Positions 1 through 7,045 of a stretch of DNA of 12,166 bases are shown one piece after another. The position numbers were made by a program, and so were the translations under genes. Under the pieces are notes generated by a model that worked only from the letters and a program-made list of their open reading frames with translations, made no database searches and had not been told where the DNA came from. Source of the stretch: a virus; the UHGV virus genome UHGV-0286708; one strand, given 5' to 3'. Every line of letters begins with the position of its first letter. Positions within the stretch are counted from its first letter, which is position 1.

Positions 1-371
1 GCGCAGACGATGACGTCACTGCCCGGCTGTATGCGCGAGGTTACCGACTGCGGCCTGAGTTTTTTAAATGGCGGAAAATCGTGTTGAGGCCAACGCCCAT
101 AATGCGGGCGGTTGCCCGGCATCCAACGCCATTCATGGCCATATCAATGATTTTCTGGTGCGTACCGGGTTGAGAAGCGGTGTAACTGAACTGCAGTTGC
201 CATGTTTTACGGCAGTGAGAGCAGAGATAGCGCTGATGTCCGGCAGTGCTTTTGCCGTTACGCACCACCCCGTCAGTAGCTGAACAGGAGGGACAACTGA
301 TAGAAATAGAAGCCACTGGAGAACCTCAAAAACACCATCATACACTAAATCAGTAAGTTGGTATCATCACC
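1..371 (-). mobile_element. IS1 insertion sequence, partial (cut by window start); left inverted repeat ends near 371
   Basis: Reverse complement of 357-371 reads GGTGATGATACCAAC, close to the IS1 terminal inverted repeat GGTGATGCTGCCAAC. The insA ORF lies just inside it, and insB would lie beyond the window start. Confidence 0.9.
41..316 (-). CDS. insA: IS1 InsA (transposition regulator, zinc-finger/HTH protein), 91 aa
   Basis: Translation [43 protein letters not shown]... is the recognisable IS1 InsA sequence with its CxxC...CxxC motif. Confidence 0.9.
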   Translation of the reverse strand: MASISISCPSCSATDGVVRNGKSTAGHQRYLCSHCRKTWQLQFSYTASQPGTHQKIIDMAMNGVGCRATARIMGVGLNTIFRHLKNSGRSR

Positions 372-445
372 TCAAAGCCATTAGGTTCGATTTGAATATA
401 AACAATTTTCATTAAACTGATATTTATCACCAAATTCCGAGCCAA

Positions 446-493
446 AAGATTACATCATATTTAAATGTAATCTTAAATAACTCAGTGTATAAT
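446..493 (+). promoter_or_regulatory. Candidate promoter/operator upstream of the 210-aa ORF: 10-bp inverted repeat followed by a TATAAT -10 hexamer
   Basis: aagattacat (446-455) and atgtaatctt (465-474) are perfect reverse complements with a 9-nt spacer. A perfect TATAAT sits at 488-493, about 70 bp upstream of the GTG start at 565. The -35 is weak. Confidence 0.3.
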
Positions 494-564
494 TCAATTG
501 CACAATAAGAATTAACAGTGTATTTTTAGCCAGGAAATATGATTTCTAAAACGGAGATTTAAAA

Positions 565-1197
565 GTGAAAATATATTACGCATTAAAAAGAATAGCGTAT
601 ATTGCAGGTGCTTTATCTATTGGTTGCGGCTCACTACCAATGATTTTCAGCAAAACACCCGCTCTTCAATACTGGGTGCTCGGGGCTTTTTTAATTTTCA
701 TTGGGTATTGCGTATCAAAGCTTGAGTTCGATAAGTCTAAATACATCAAGTACCTAAATGAAAAGAACGATGGGATTTATATTTATTATGCAAAATTTGG
801 TGGCGAAGAGCACGAAATAAAAATCAACACAAAAAACAAAACAATCGAACTAAAGTCAGGGAAAAATTCCGCCACACTAAACTTTGATAACATCAAATCA
901 TGGAGATATAACGTATCTGGCATTAGCAAGGTTAATGTCATTGGTTCCACTAACAGCGTAATGGGTAATTTCACAGCTTTATCTCAAGCCAGTGCAATCA
1001 ACAACCAAGCAGGGTACAGCGCGTGGGATAATAATGGATTCTTTATTCACACAGATGCATTGGCAAATCCTGTCTGGCATATAAAGATAATACCAAAAGA
1101 TGTCGCAATAAACCTTAAGTCTGACAAGTTTTGGAAAAGTGTCGCTGGCGAATGCGAAGTCTGGATGAACGTAATGAACCGAGCCATTAATAAATAG
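565..1197 (+). CDS. Hypothetical membrane-anchored protein, 210 aa (two N-terminal hydrophobic helices, then a soluble domain); AT-rich cargo
   Basis: Intact ORF with GTG start and GGAG 8 nt upstream. Hydrophobic stretches [19 protein letters not shown] and [15 protein letters not shown]. Codon usage is AT-rich, unlike the neighbouring IS1 and phage genes. I recognise no family. Confidence 0.55.
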   Translation: MKIYYALKRIAYIAGALSIGCGSLPMIFSKTPALQYWVLGAFLIFIGYCVSKLEFDKSKYIKYLNEKNDGIYIYYAKFGGEEHEIKINTKNKTIELKSGKNSATLNFDNIKSWRYNVSGISKVNVIGSTNSVMGNFTALSQASAINNQAGYSAWDNNGFFIHTDALANPVWHIKIIPKDVAINLKSDKFWKSVAGECEVWMNVMNRAINK

Positions 1198-1441
1198 AAG
1201 TCTTACTGTTGAGGCCAGCGCCCGTGATACGGGCACTGGCACAGCACCCAATACCATTCACGGGCATATCAATGATTTTCTGGTGCGCACCGGGCTGAGA
1301 GGCGGTGTAAGTGAACTGTAGTTGCCATGTTTTACGGCAATGAGAGCAGAGATAGCGCTGATGTCCGGCAGTGCTTTTGCCATTACGCACCACCCCGTCA
1401 GTAGCTGAACAGGAGGGACAGCTGATATAAACAGAAGCCAC
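1187..1441 (-). pseudogene. insA: Truncated insA of a divergent IS1 copy (C-terminus replaced by unrelated sequence)
   Basis: Translation [51 protein letters not shown]... is InsA-like, but it ends in ...GLNSKTSIY where homology to the first copy stops (about 1207). Confidence 0.75.
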
Positions 1442-1497
1442 TGGAGCACCTCAAAAACACCATCATACACTAAATCAGTAAGTTGGCAGCATCACCA
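1207..1497 (-). mobile_element. IS1 remnant (about 290 bp: left inverted repeat plus partial insA), same orientation as the first copy
   Basis: Reverse complement of 1483-1497 is GGTGATGCTGCCAAC, the IS1 terminal inverted repeat. Homology to the first copy runs from about 1207 to 1497 with many substitutions, so it is a different IS1 isoform, truncated. Confidence 0.8.
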
Positions 1498-1541
1498 CGG
1501 CTGCGTTACCTCAATTTTTACACGCCTTAGGTGATTGATTT

Positions 1542-2294
1542 ATGGATTATTTTAGTATTGACTTTTTTATCGGTGAGCTCAAAGTAAATTTTAGTCATAA
1601 GGTTGGTAGGCTTTCGACCGCACTACGGGCAGCTAATTGGCAAATCGATATTAGATATTTGAATGGTAATGACCCCGATATTGGTAAAGAAGTGGATAGT
1701 CTTGAGAAAAACGCATTTAAACGAGTGGAGTTTGAGAGGAAGCAGTATCGGATGCTTTGTGATGATGAAGATCCAATTCAGGAAAGGGTCAATAAGATGA
1801 TCTATTTGTCGGCAATAAACTGGTATTTAGGATTATGTATCGTAGCGTCAGATTGGCGTGATGGTGTGAAGATGTTACTTAAATCTACCGAGCTTCTTGA
1901 TATGTGTCATGGCATTATTGAACATGAAATATGGCAACAGATAGAAACAGAAAAAAAAGGACGTGCTATTAATGGGGGTACAGCAAAAGCTGCTATTTAT
2001 GCTCCTCTAAAAGCTGAAATTATTCGTTTGTTGTATTGCAAGAGACCTATAGATGGTTGGAAAAGCAAGAAGGAGGCTTTGAGGGCTATTGATGAAGATA
2101 TATACAAATTTATTCAAAAACATGGCTATCCCGTTTCTCCTGACGCCAAAAAAGAGGGGGAGGCAGAACTTTATTCACGAATCCCCCGCCTGATTGAAGA
2201 TTGGTCAAGAGATGATGCAATAATTAAGGTTGTTTTTGGCTCAACAGTTAAGCACAAAAATAGCGCCCCTAAGGACGCAGAACAGAATAGATAG
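1542..2294 (+). CDS. Hypothetical protein, 250 aa, AT-rich cargo ORF convergent with the adjacent integrase
   Basis: Intact 250-aa ORF with no obvious transmembrane segment. It sits immediately 3' of the P4-type integrase gene, a classic cargo position in integrative islands. I recognise no family. Confidence 0.55.
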   Translation: MDYFSIDFFIGELKVNFSHKVGRLSTALRAANWQIDIRYLNGNDPDIGKEVDSLEKNAFKRVEFERKQYRMLCDDEDPIQERVNKMIYLSAINWYLGLCIVASDWRDGVKMLLKSTELLDMCHGIIEHEIWQQIETEKKGRAINGGTAKAAIYAPLKAEIIRLLYCKRPIDGWKSKKEALRAIDEDIYKFIQKHGYPVSPDAKKEGEAELYSRIPRLIEDWSRDDAIIKVVFGSTVKHKNSAPKDAEQNR

Positions 2295-2304
2295 ATTGTA
2301 TTTA

Positions 2305-2330
2305 ATGCATGATCCTATTGCATATTTTTT
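2305..2330 (+). terminator. Weak candidate intrinsic terminator between the convergent 250-aa ORF and integrase
   Basis: Short stem ATGCA(2305-2309)/TGCAT(2319-2323) followed by ATTTTTT (2324-2330). The stem is only 5 bp. Confidence 0.25.
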
Positions 2331-2335
2331 GACGG

Positions 2336-3577
2336 TTAACCGACAAGGAGTAGTCCATGACTACCATTGTCTATTATGTTACCGTCATGTGCTGCTTTTA
2401 TAAAATCAGCCCACCATTGCATCATAGGGCGGCGTTGCTCAAGATAATCACTGCGGTTATATGCGCGACGTACTTCATTCTTGTCCACATGAGCCAATGC
2501 AGCCTCAATGACATCAGGCGGAAACCCTTGCTCATTGAGTGCCGTACTAGCGATAGAACGTAAACCGTGTGATACGAGTACGCCTCCTAAACCTGCACGC
2601 TTGAGTGCTGCATTCACTGTTTGGCTGTTCATTGGTTGGGTTGGTTTGATGCGACTGGGAAAGATAAATTCTCGGCCACCACTGAGTGACTTCATCATTT
2701 CCAGAATAGAGAGAGCCTCATCGGATAGTGGAATCGTATGGTCCCGGTTCATCTTCATTCGAGCTGCAGGAATTTTCCATTCGTTAGCATCAAAATCGAT
2801 CTCATCCCATCGAGCTTCAGCAGCTTCGGCAGGGCGGGTAATGGTGAGGAGTTGCCACATGAACAGGCACCTTGTGGACAAGCTGATACTTGCCGTACGC
2901 ATAGTCTGCATTAGCTGTGGAAGTTGATCCGGGCGGATGCTTGGCATGTTTTTCTTTTGCGGTTTCTCGAATGCTTTCCCGATGTTTACGCTGGGAACCG
3001 CATCAATCAAGCCCGTGTTCTGCGCATAAATCATGACTTCGTTAATACGCTGACAAAGACGGCGAACAGTCTCTAATGCACCTCTGGCCTGAACCGGCTG
3101 AACGGCTTTAACCAGAGTATGAGCCTTAATCTCAGTGACACTGATATCACCGATTGTTGGGAAAACATCTCTCTCAAGTGAGCGCCATATATCGTCGGCA
3201 TAGTCCTCTGTTACGCTGGCTTTCTTCACATTCCACCAACGCTCAGCAACTAACAGGAAAGTGTTGGTTTTAGCCTCTTGAGAATTTCTCACCAGTTCTT
3301 TCTGATGTTCCTGAGGATCAATGTCTTTCGCCAATAAAACTTTAGATTCGGCTCTGAGTTTACGTGCATCAGAAAGCGAGACGGCAGGGTAGGCCCCAAA
3401 GCTCTGTTTGGTTCGCTGCTTGGTCAGAGGCCGATAGTAACGGAATTGCCAGAGCTTACTGCCGCTGGACTTGATTAACAGAGTAAGCCCGTCACCATCA
3501 TACAGCTGGTAATCGGCATCTTTAGGTTTGGCGGCTTTGATTTCCGTATCGGTTAACGGCTTGGTTTTTCTTGCCAT
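2336..3577 (-). CDS. intA: P4/CP4-57-type tyrosine integrase (IntA/SlpA-like), about 413 aa
   Basis: Probable start is MARKTKPLTDTEIKAAKPKDADYQLYDGDGL... at 3577, with GGAG upstream; the listed ORF extends 11 codons further 5'. It has the integrase arm-binding N-terminus and C-terminal catalytic motifs (RPAEAAEARWDEIDF, HGLRSIAST, Y in RRAYNRSDY). It lies about 205 bp downstream of a tmRNA 3'-end copy in the same orientation, as in the E. coli ssrA-intA arrangement. Confidence 0.9.
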   Translation of the reverse strand: MARKTKPLTDTEIKAAKPKDADYQLYDGDGLTLLIKSSGSKLWQFRYYRPLTKQRTKQSFGAYPAVSLSDARKLRAESKVLLAKDIDPQEHQKELVRNSQEAKTNTFLLVAERWWNVKKASVTEDYADDIWRSLERDVFPTIGDISVTEIKAHTLVKAVQPVQARGALETVRRLCQRINEVMIYAQNTGLIDAVPSVNIGKAFEKPQKKNMPSIRPDQLPQLMQTMRTASISLSTRCLFMWQLLTITRPAEAAEARWDEIDFDANEWKIPAARMKMNRDHTIPLSDEALSILEMMKSLSGGREFIFPSRIKPTQPMNSQTVNAALKRAGLGGVLVSHGLRSIASTALNEQGFPPDVIEAALAHVDKNEVRRAYNRSDYLEQRRPMMQWWADFIKAAHDGNIIDNGSHGLLLVG

Positions 3578-3597
3578 GGGGAGTCTCCATGCGTTTA

Positions 3598-3633
3598 GGC
3601 CCAACGAAAACAATAGAACTTTTCGTTGGGCCT
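3598..3633. promoter_or_regulatory. Perfect 13-bp inverted repeat (hairpin) about 20 nt upstream of the integrase start
   Basis: GGCCCAACGAAAA (3598-3610) and TTTTCGTTGGGCC (3621-3633) are exact reverse complements with a 10-nt loop. Confidence 0.4.
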
Positions 3634-3704
3634 ATCAATGGGCCTAAAAGGTTCGGATTTAATTAGTTCTCTTCAGACTTCGCGGGACAAATTGAGGGCA
3701 CAAA

Positions 3705-3737
3705 AAAGCCCGCAGGGCTTGTGCCATGCGGGCTTTT
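3705..3737 (-). terminator. Intrinsic (bidirectional-type) terminator hairpin downstream of the tmRNA 3'-end copy
   Basis: AAAAGCCCGCA ... TGCGGGCTTTT forms a GC-rich 11-bp stem flanked by an A-run and a T-run. Position fits the native terminator of ssrA. Confidence 0.6.
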
Positions 3738-3780
3738 AGGACTTCATCGGATGACTCTGGTAATCACCGATGGAGAATTT

Positions 3781-3825
3781 TGGTGGAGCTGGCGGGAGTT
3801 GAACCCGCGTCCGAAATTCCTACAT
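3781..3825 (-). other. ssrA: About 45-nt copy of the tmRNA (ssrA) 3' end: attachment-site repeat separating the two integrated elements; not an intact RNA gene
   Basis: Reverse complement reads ATGTAGGAATTTCGGACGCGGGTTCAACTCCCGCCAGCTCCACCA, the acceptor/T-arm end of enterobacterial tmRNA including CCA. Sequence beyond 3825 is AT-rich and unrelated to tmRNA, so only the 3' segment is present. Confidence 0.75.
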
Positions 3826-3938
3826 ACTATTTTTACTGTAATAAAAACAGTGAATTACGTTTAAAAACAGTCCTTTAGTGTTATTTGCTGTTTATACGTT
3901 TTATGCATTTTTAATGCTCTGCCGCCACTTTGTCGCCA

Positions 3939-4997
3939 TTAAATGCGCTGGTCATTTGATATAGGTAAAATGCTTGTAAAGAGTTTTTCGTCATATAGTG
4001 CGTACTCAGGTATGTAATCACCATTGCTTTTATCTGTTTGGAAGATAGAGGGGTCCTTGTCGATTAAAACATATAACTCAATGAGAATATTTCTTAGTCC
4101 CCAAAGCATTTGCTTTAGTTGTTTTTCATCATTGAATGAGATGCTTATGGCTTCCGTATCTGGTTTTGGATGTTCAGGAATTATTGAGAAAAGATGTTCT
4201 TGGTATTTATAATCAATTCCAAGTAGTCTGCAAAGTTGAATTATGTTTGATTCTATGAGTTGTAGGCTAACTAATTGGTTGTCATGATTTTTGTTGTTGG
4301 ACTTAAGCGATTTGTTTATGTTGTTATAATGATTTGTTGTTTTTCGAATAAAATCTTCTTCGACAGCGGTGCTATAGCCATTATCAATGGAAGATGATTT
4401 GAAAATATTTTTATAAAGAGTGTACGGATGAACTACAGATAGTTCAATACTGTCTATATCACTAGTTTCTTTATTTAATCTTGATAATTTAAATGTTGGT
4501 AGTGTTTGGAATATATCAGCGAAGCTTTTCAGATGTGAGTAATATGAATCAGTGGTGTTTTTTTCAATAACAAGATTGATTTGCTTTTGTGTTTTTTCTA
4601 TTTGGTTCTCTGTTTGTGTGGTTCTATGTATATTGTTGACGATTGCTGCAAGAGGTACCGAAGAAGCTAAAATAAATAATGGCAATTTAGAGATGTCAAG
4701 AAAGTGATTAAAACCGTCTGATGTGAAATTTAAATCGTGGCCTTTCCAAGCCCAGAGGCCATACAAAACAAACATTTTTAACGGTACGATAATAGATGCT
4801 ATGAATAATGGTTGTTTTAATAGATTTTTCTCATTTAGTTTAAGCCAATTGAAGCAATAGAACATAAGTATCAATCCAAGTATATAAGCTACACTAAAGA
4901 AGATAAAAACTCTTGGACGATTAGTGTATATCAATGCTAAGGCAATTAAGATAGTAATGATTGCGTAGGTAATGATTAATGTGAGCTTTTTTTTCAT
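3939..4997 (-). CDS. Hypothetical membrane protein (about 352 aa from MKKKL start; 366 aa if the upstream ATG at 5039 is used), N-terminal 3-4 transmembrane helices plus C-terminal soluble domain; AT-rich cargo at the prophage edge
   Basis: Intact ORF. Hydrophobic helices LTLIITYAIITILIALALIY, VFIFFSVAYILGLILMFYCF, PLFIASIIVPLKMFVLYGLWAW and LPLFILASSVPLAAIV. The start at 4997 lies 4 nt after the int stop codon, on the same strand as cI and int. Strongly AT-rich. I recognise no family. Confidence 0.6.
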   Translation of the reverse strand: MKKKLTLIITYAIITILIALALIYTNRPRVFIFFSVAYILGLILMFYCFNWLKLNEKNLLKQPLFIASIIVPLKMFVLYGLWAWKGHDLNFTSDGFNHFLDISKLPLFILASSVPLAAIVNNIHRTTQTENQIEKTQKQINLVIEKNTTDSYYSHLKSFADIFQTLPTFKLSRLNKETSDIDSIELSVVHPYTLYKNIFKSSSIDNGYSTAVEEDFIRKTTNHYNNINKSLKSNNKNHDNQLVSLQLIESNIIQLCRLLGIDYKYQEHLFSIIPEHPKPDTEAISISFNDEKQLKQMLWGLRNILIELYVLIDKDPSIFQTDKSNGDYIPEYALYDEKLFTSILPISNDQRI

Positions 4998-5001
4998 TCT
5001 A

Positions 5002-6018
5002 TTAAACCAAATTATGTAAAGGATTTTTTGTAACAGCATCTTCTAGATGGTCTGGAGAAAAGTGTGCGTAAACCATCGTCATTTTTATATCGGCATGGCC
5101 CAATATTTCTTTAAGGACAAGAATATTCCCGCCATTCATCATAAAATGACTGGCGAATGTATGACGCAGCACGTGGGTGCATTGGCCCTCTGGTAACTCG
5201 ATGCCTGCTCGCTTTACTGCTCGTTCAAAGGCTTTTCTGCACGGTGTGAATAGTTTCCCTCTGTTCTTGGGGAGTTCATCATACAGATTTTGAGATATCG
5301 GCACGGTACGATTTTTCTTACCTTTTGTCTTGGTATAGGTGATCCGGTATTTTGATAACTGATGGCCCTGCAAGTTTTCTGCTTCACTCCATCGCGCACC
5401 AGTAGCTAGGCATATTTTTGCAATCATTAGTAGGCTGGTGTTTTGAGATTCGGCGCAGGCATTAAGCAGGCGTTTGATTTCGTCCGTGGAAAGAAAAGCC
5501 AATTCACCTTCAGCAATTTTGAAGGTTGGAAGCCCTGCCAGCGGGTTTGGTGCGGACCAGTGCCCTAGTTTTTTCAATGTACCGAACACCGATGACAGGT
5601 TACGCTGCTCAAGATTAACTGTGCGAGGTTTAACGGGTGACATGAACGAGCCGTCTTCATTTTGGACCTCCCCCTTTAATCTGGCTTCCCGATATTTTGT
5701 GAAATCACCTGCTGTCAGCTCAGAGGCGATGGGATCGCCTAGACCATTACAGATAATTCTAAGTTTCGCCATCAGGCGTTTGGGGTCTGCGAGTGTTTGA
5801 CCATATAGGGAATACCACTGCTCAATCACTTCTGATAATCGCCGCCGATCTTCCTTCTCACCAAGCCATGGCTTTTTGTTTACTTCGTCCATGGTGAAGC
5901 TTTCAAATGCAATGGCTTCGCCTTTGGTAGCAAATTGCTTACGCACGCGCTTACCATTGCGTCCATTGGGATAGCACTCACACAACCATTTTCCGTTCGG
6001 CTGTTTTCTGATGGTCAT
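5002..6018 (-). CDS. int: P2/186-family phage integrase (tyrosine recombinase), 338 aa
   Basis: N-terminus ...PNGKWLCECYPNGRNGKRVRKQF... and C-terminal motifs (LATGARWSEA, HVLRHTFASHFMMNGGNILVLKEILGH, MVYAHF) are typical of P2-type Int. Its start is 3 nt after the cI stop. Confidence 0.9.
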   Translation of the reverse strand: MTIRKQPNGKWLCECYPNGRNGKRVRKQFATKGEAIAFESFTMDEVNKKPWLGEKEDRRRLSEVIEQWYSLYGQTLADPKRLMAKLRIICNGLGDPIASELTAGDFTKYREARLKGEVQNEDGSFMSPVKPRTVNLEQRNLSSVFGTLKKLGHWSAPNPLAGLPTFKIAEGELAFLSTDEIKRLLNACAESQNTSLLMIAKICLATGARWSEAENLQGHQLSKYRITYTKTKGKKNRTVPISQNLYDELPKNRGKLFTPCRKAFERAVKRAGIELPEGQCTHVLRHTFASHFMMNGGNILVLKEILGHADIKMTMVYAHFSPDHLEDAVTKNPLHNLV

Positions 6019-6021
6019 AAG

Positions 6022-6660
6022 TTAGAGGTTCTTGATTACTTTGACTGCACGTCCTACGACTTCCACATCATCTACAGAACATTCAAATGAAGTGTCATCT
6101 TGGTTAACTACTATTTTGTTTCCGGGTATGCGCGCAATTTTGACGATGCTTTTAACTCCGTCCATATCGACTAACCAGAAGCCATTACTGACTTGTTTAA
6201 CGGACGTATCCACTACAAAGCTATTATTAGCTGTTTTAACAAATAAAGCGTTGGATGAGTCACCATCGAGCAGGCTGCTATCAAGAAGAATTTCATCACT
6301 TGCCTGCAGTTCGCCGTTCTTCAGTTCAACACGTTTGATGCTAGGAGCAACGATCTTAGAAAGTGGTCTTACAGTGACGGGAGGTTCATTTTTGAGATTT
6401 GTTTCTTCGTTCTCACACGCATACATATCTCCTTGACCAGTAGCCAGCCATAGAAGGGAAACTCCTGTTTCAAGGGCACATTGAATTACCCATTCGGCAG
6501 GAAAGCTATCCCTTAAGTATCTGTTAGCCATAGTGCTTTTGGATACCTCCAGATGTTCGCAGAGCTGCTGTCGTGAACTGAAGTTGTAAGCCTTAATAAG
6601 CCTGTTAATTGCATCGCGCCCACCACTATCATTTCCCGCCTTGATCAAACTCATAATCAA
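6022..6660 (-). CDS. cI: Phage CI-type immunity repressor (186-like), about 210 aa
   Basis: N-terminal HTH region ...LCEHLEVSKSTMANRYLRDSFPAEWVIQCALETGVSLLWLATGQG is typical of CI-type repressors, with a C-terminal oligomerisation-type domain. It is divergent from the apl/cII operon and tightly coupled to int. Confidence 0.8.
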   Translation of the reverse strand: MIMSLIKAGNDSGGRDAINRLIKAYNFSSRQQLCEHLEVSKSTMANRYLRDSFPAEWVIQCALETGVSLLWLATGQGDMYACENEETNLKNEPPVTVRPLSKIVAPSIKRVELKNGELQASDEILLDSSLLDGDSSNALFVKTANNSFVVDTSVKQVSNGFWLVDMDGVKSIVKIARIPGNKIVVNQDDTSFECSVDDVEVVGRAVKVIKNL

Positions 6661-6665
6661 ACCCC

Positions 6666-6694
6666 TTGACGTATATAAAAAGTGATCCTAATAT
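6666..6694 (+). promoter_or_regulatory. Near-consensus sigma-70 promoter directing the rightward early (lytic) operon (pR/Pe equivalent)
   Basis: -35 TTGACG (6666-6671), 17-nt spacer, -10 TAATAT (6689-6694). It starts 6 bp from the cI start codon and is about 75 bp upstream of the apl-like ORF. Confidence 0.55.
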
Positions 6695-6770
6695 CCATTT
6701 ATGGTTTGAAAAGCAAAACCAAACCACATAAAACAAGATAAAACGAAACCAAACTAAGAGATACTGCACT

Positions 6771-7013
6771 ATGAGTACTGATATTTCAATTCGTGTACCA
6801 AAAGAGATGGCTACGCCTGCAGAGTTCGCGGAATGGGAAGGTATCTCCCGCGGCTCCGTGTATCAAAAAATTCACCATGGTCAGCTTGCTAAATACATGG
6901 TCAAGAAAGAAAAAAACAAAGGCCGCGTAAGCCTGCGTTATTTAATGTACAAAACCGATCAGGTCCGTGAATCCCTCGGTCATTCCAACTTCCGCGTCAT
7001 TGTTGGTAAGTAA
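6771..7013 (+). CDS. Apl/Cox-like small DNA-binding protein (excisionase/transcriptional regulator), 80 aa
   Basis: First gene of the rightward operon, opposite cI. Small basic protein with an HTH-like segment (FAEWEGISRGSVYQKIHHGQL). The call is positional, by analogy with 186 apl and P2 cox. Confidence 0.55.
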   Translation: MSTDISIRVPKEMATPAEFAEWEGISRGSVYQKIHHGQLAKYMVKKEKNKGRVSLRYLMYKTDQVRESLGHSNFRVIVGK

Positions 7014-7045
7014 GTTCAATTATGAGAACTTTCTAAGGGGGTAGC

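Noticed and set aside
68-345. ORFs 68..283 (+) and 133..345 (-) overlapping insA
   Set aside because: They lie entirely inside the IS1 insA region in alternative frames or on the opposite strand. These are shadow ORFs of insA, not independent genes.
786-1257. Minus-strand ORFs 786..974 and 979..1257
   Set aside because: Antisense shadows of the 210-aa plus-strand ORF and the IS1 remnant, with no RBS and odd composition. The second spans the ORF/IS1 junction.
2357-2927. Plus-strand ORFs 2357..2563 and 2508..2927
   Set aside because: Fully embedded antisense within the well-supported integrase gene.
3781-3825. Possible intact tmRNA/tRNA gene
   Set aside because: Only the last ~45 nt of tmRNA are present; the sequence beyond 3825 is unrelated AT-rich DNA. 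It is annotated as an att repeat, not an RNA gene.
4024-4212. Plus-strand 62-aa ORF
   Set aside because: Embedded antisense within the membrane-protein cargo ORF; a low-complexity translation typical of shadow ORFs in AT-rich DNA.
5214-6436. ORFs 5214..5399 (-), 5474..5800 (+) and 6032..6436 (+)
   Set aside because: Alternative-frame or antisense ORFs inside the int and cI genes; Ser/Thr/Arg-rich shadow translations.
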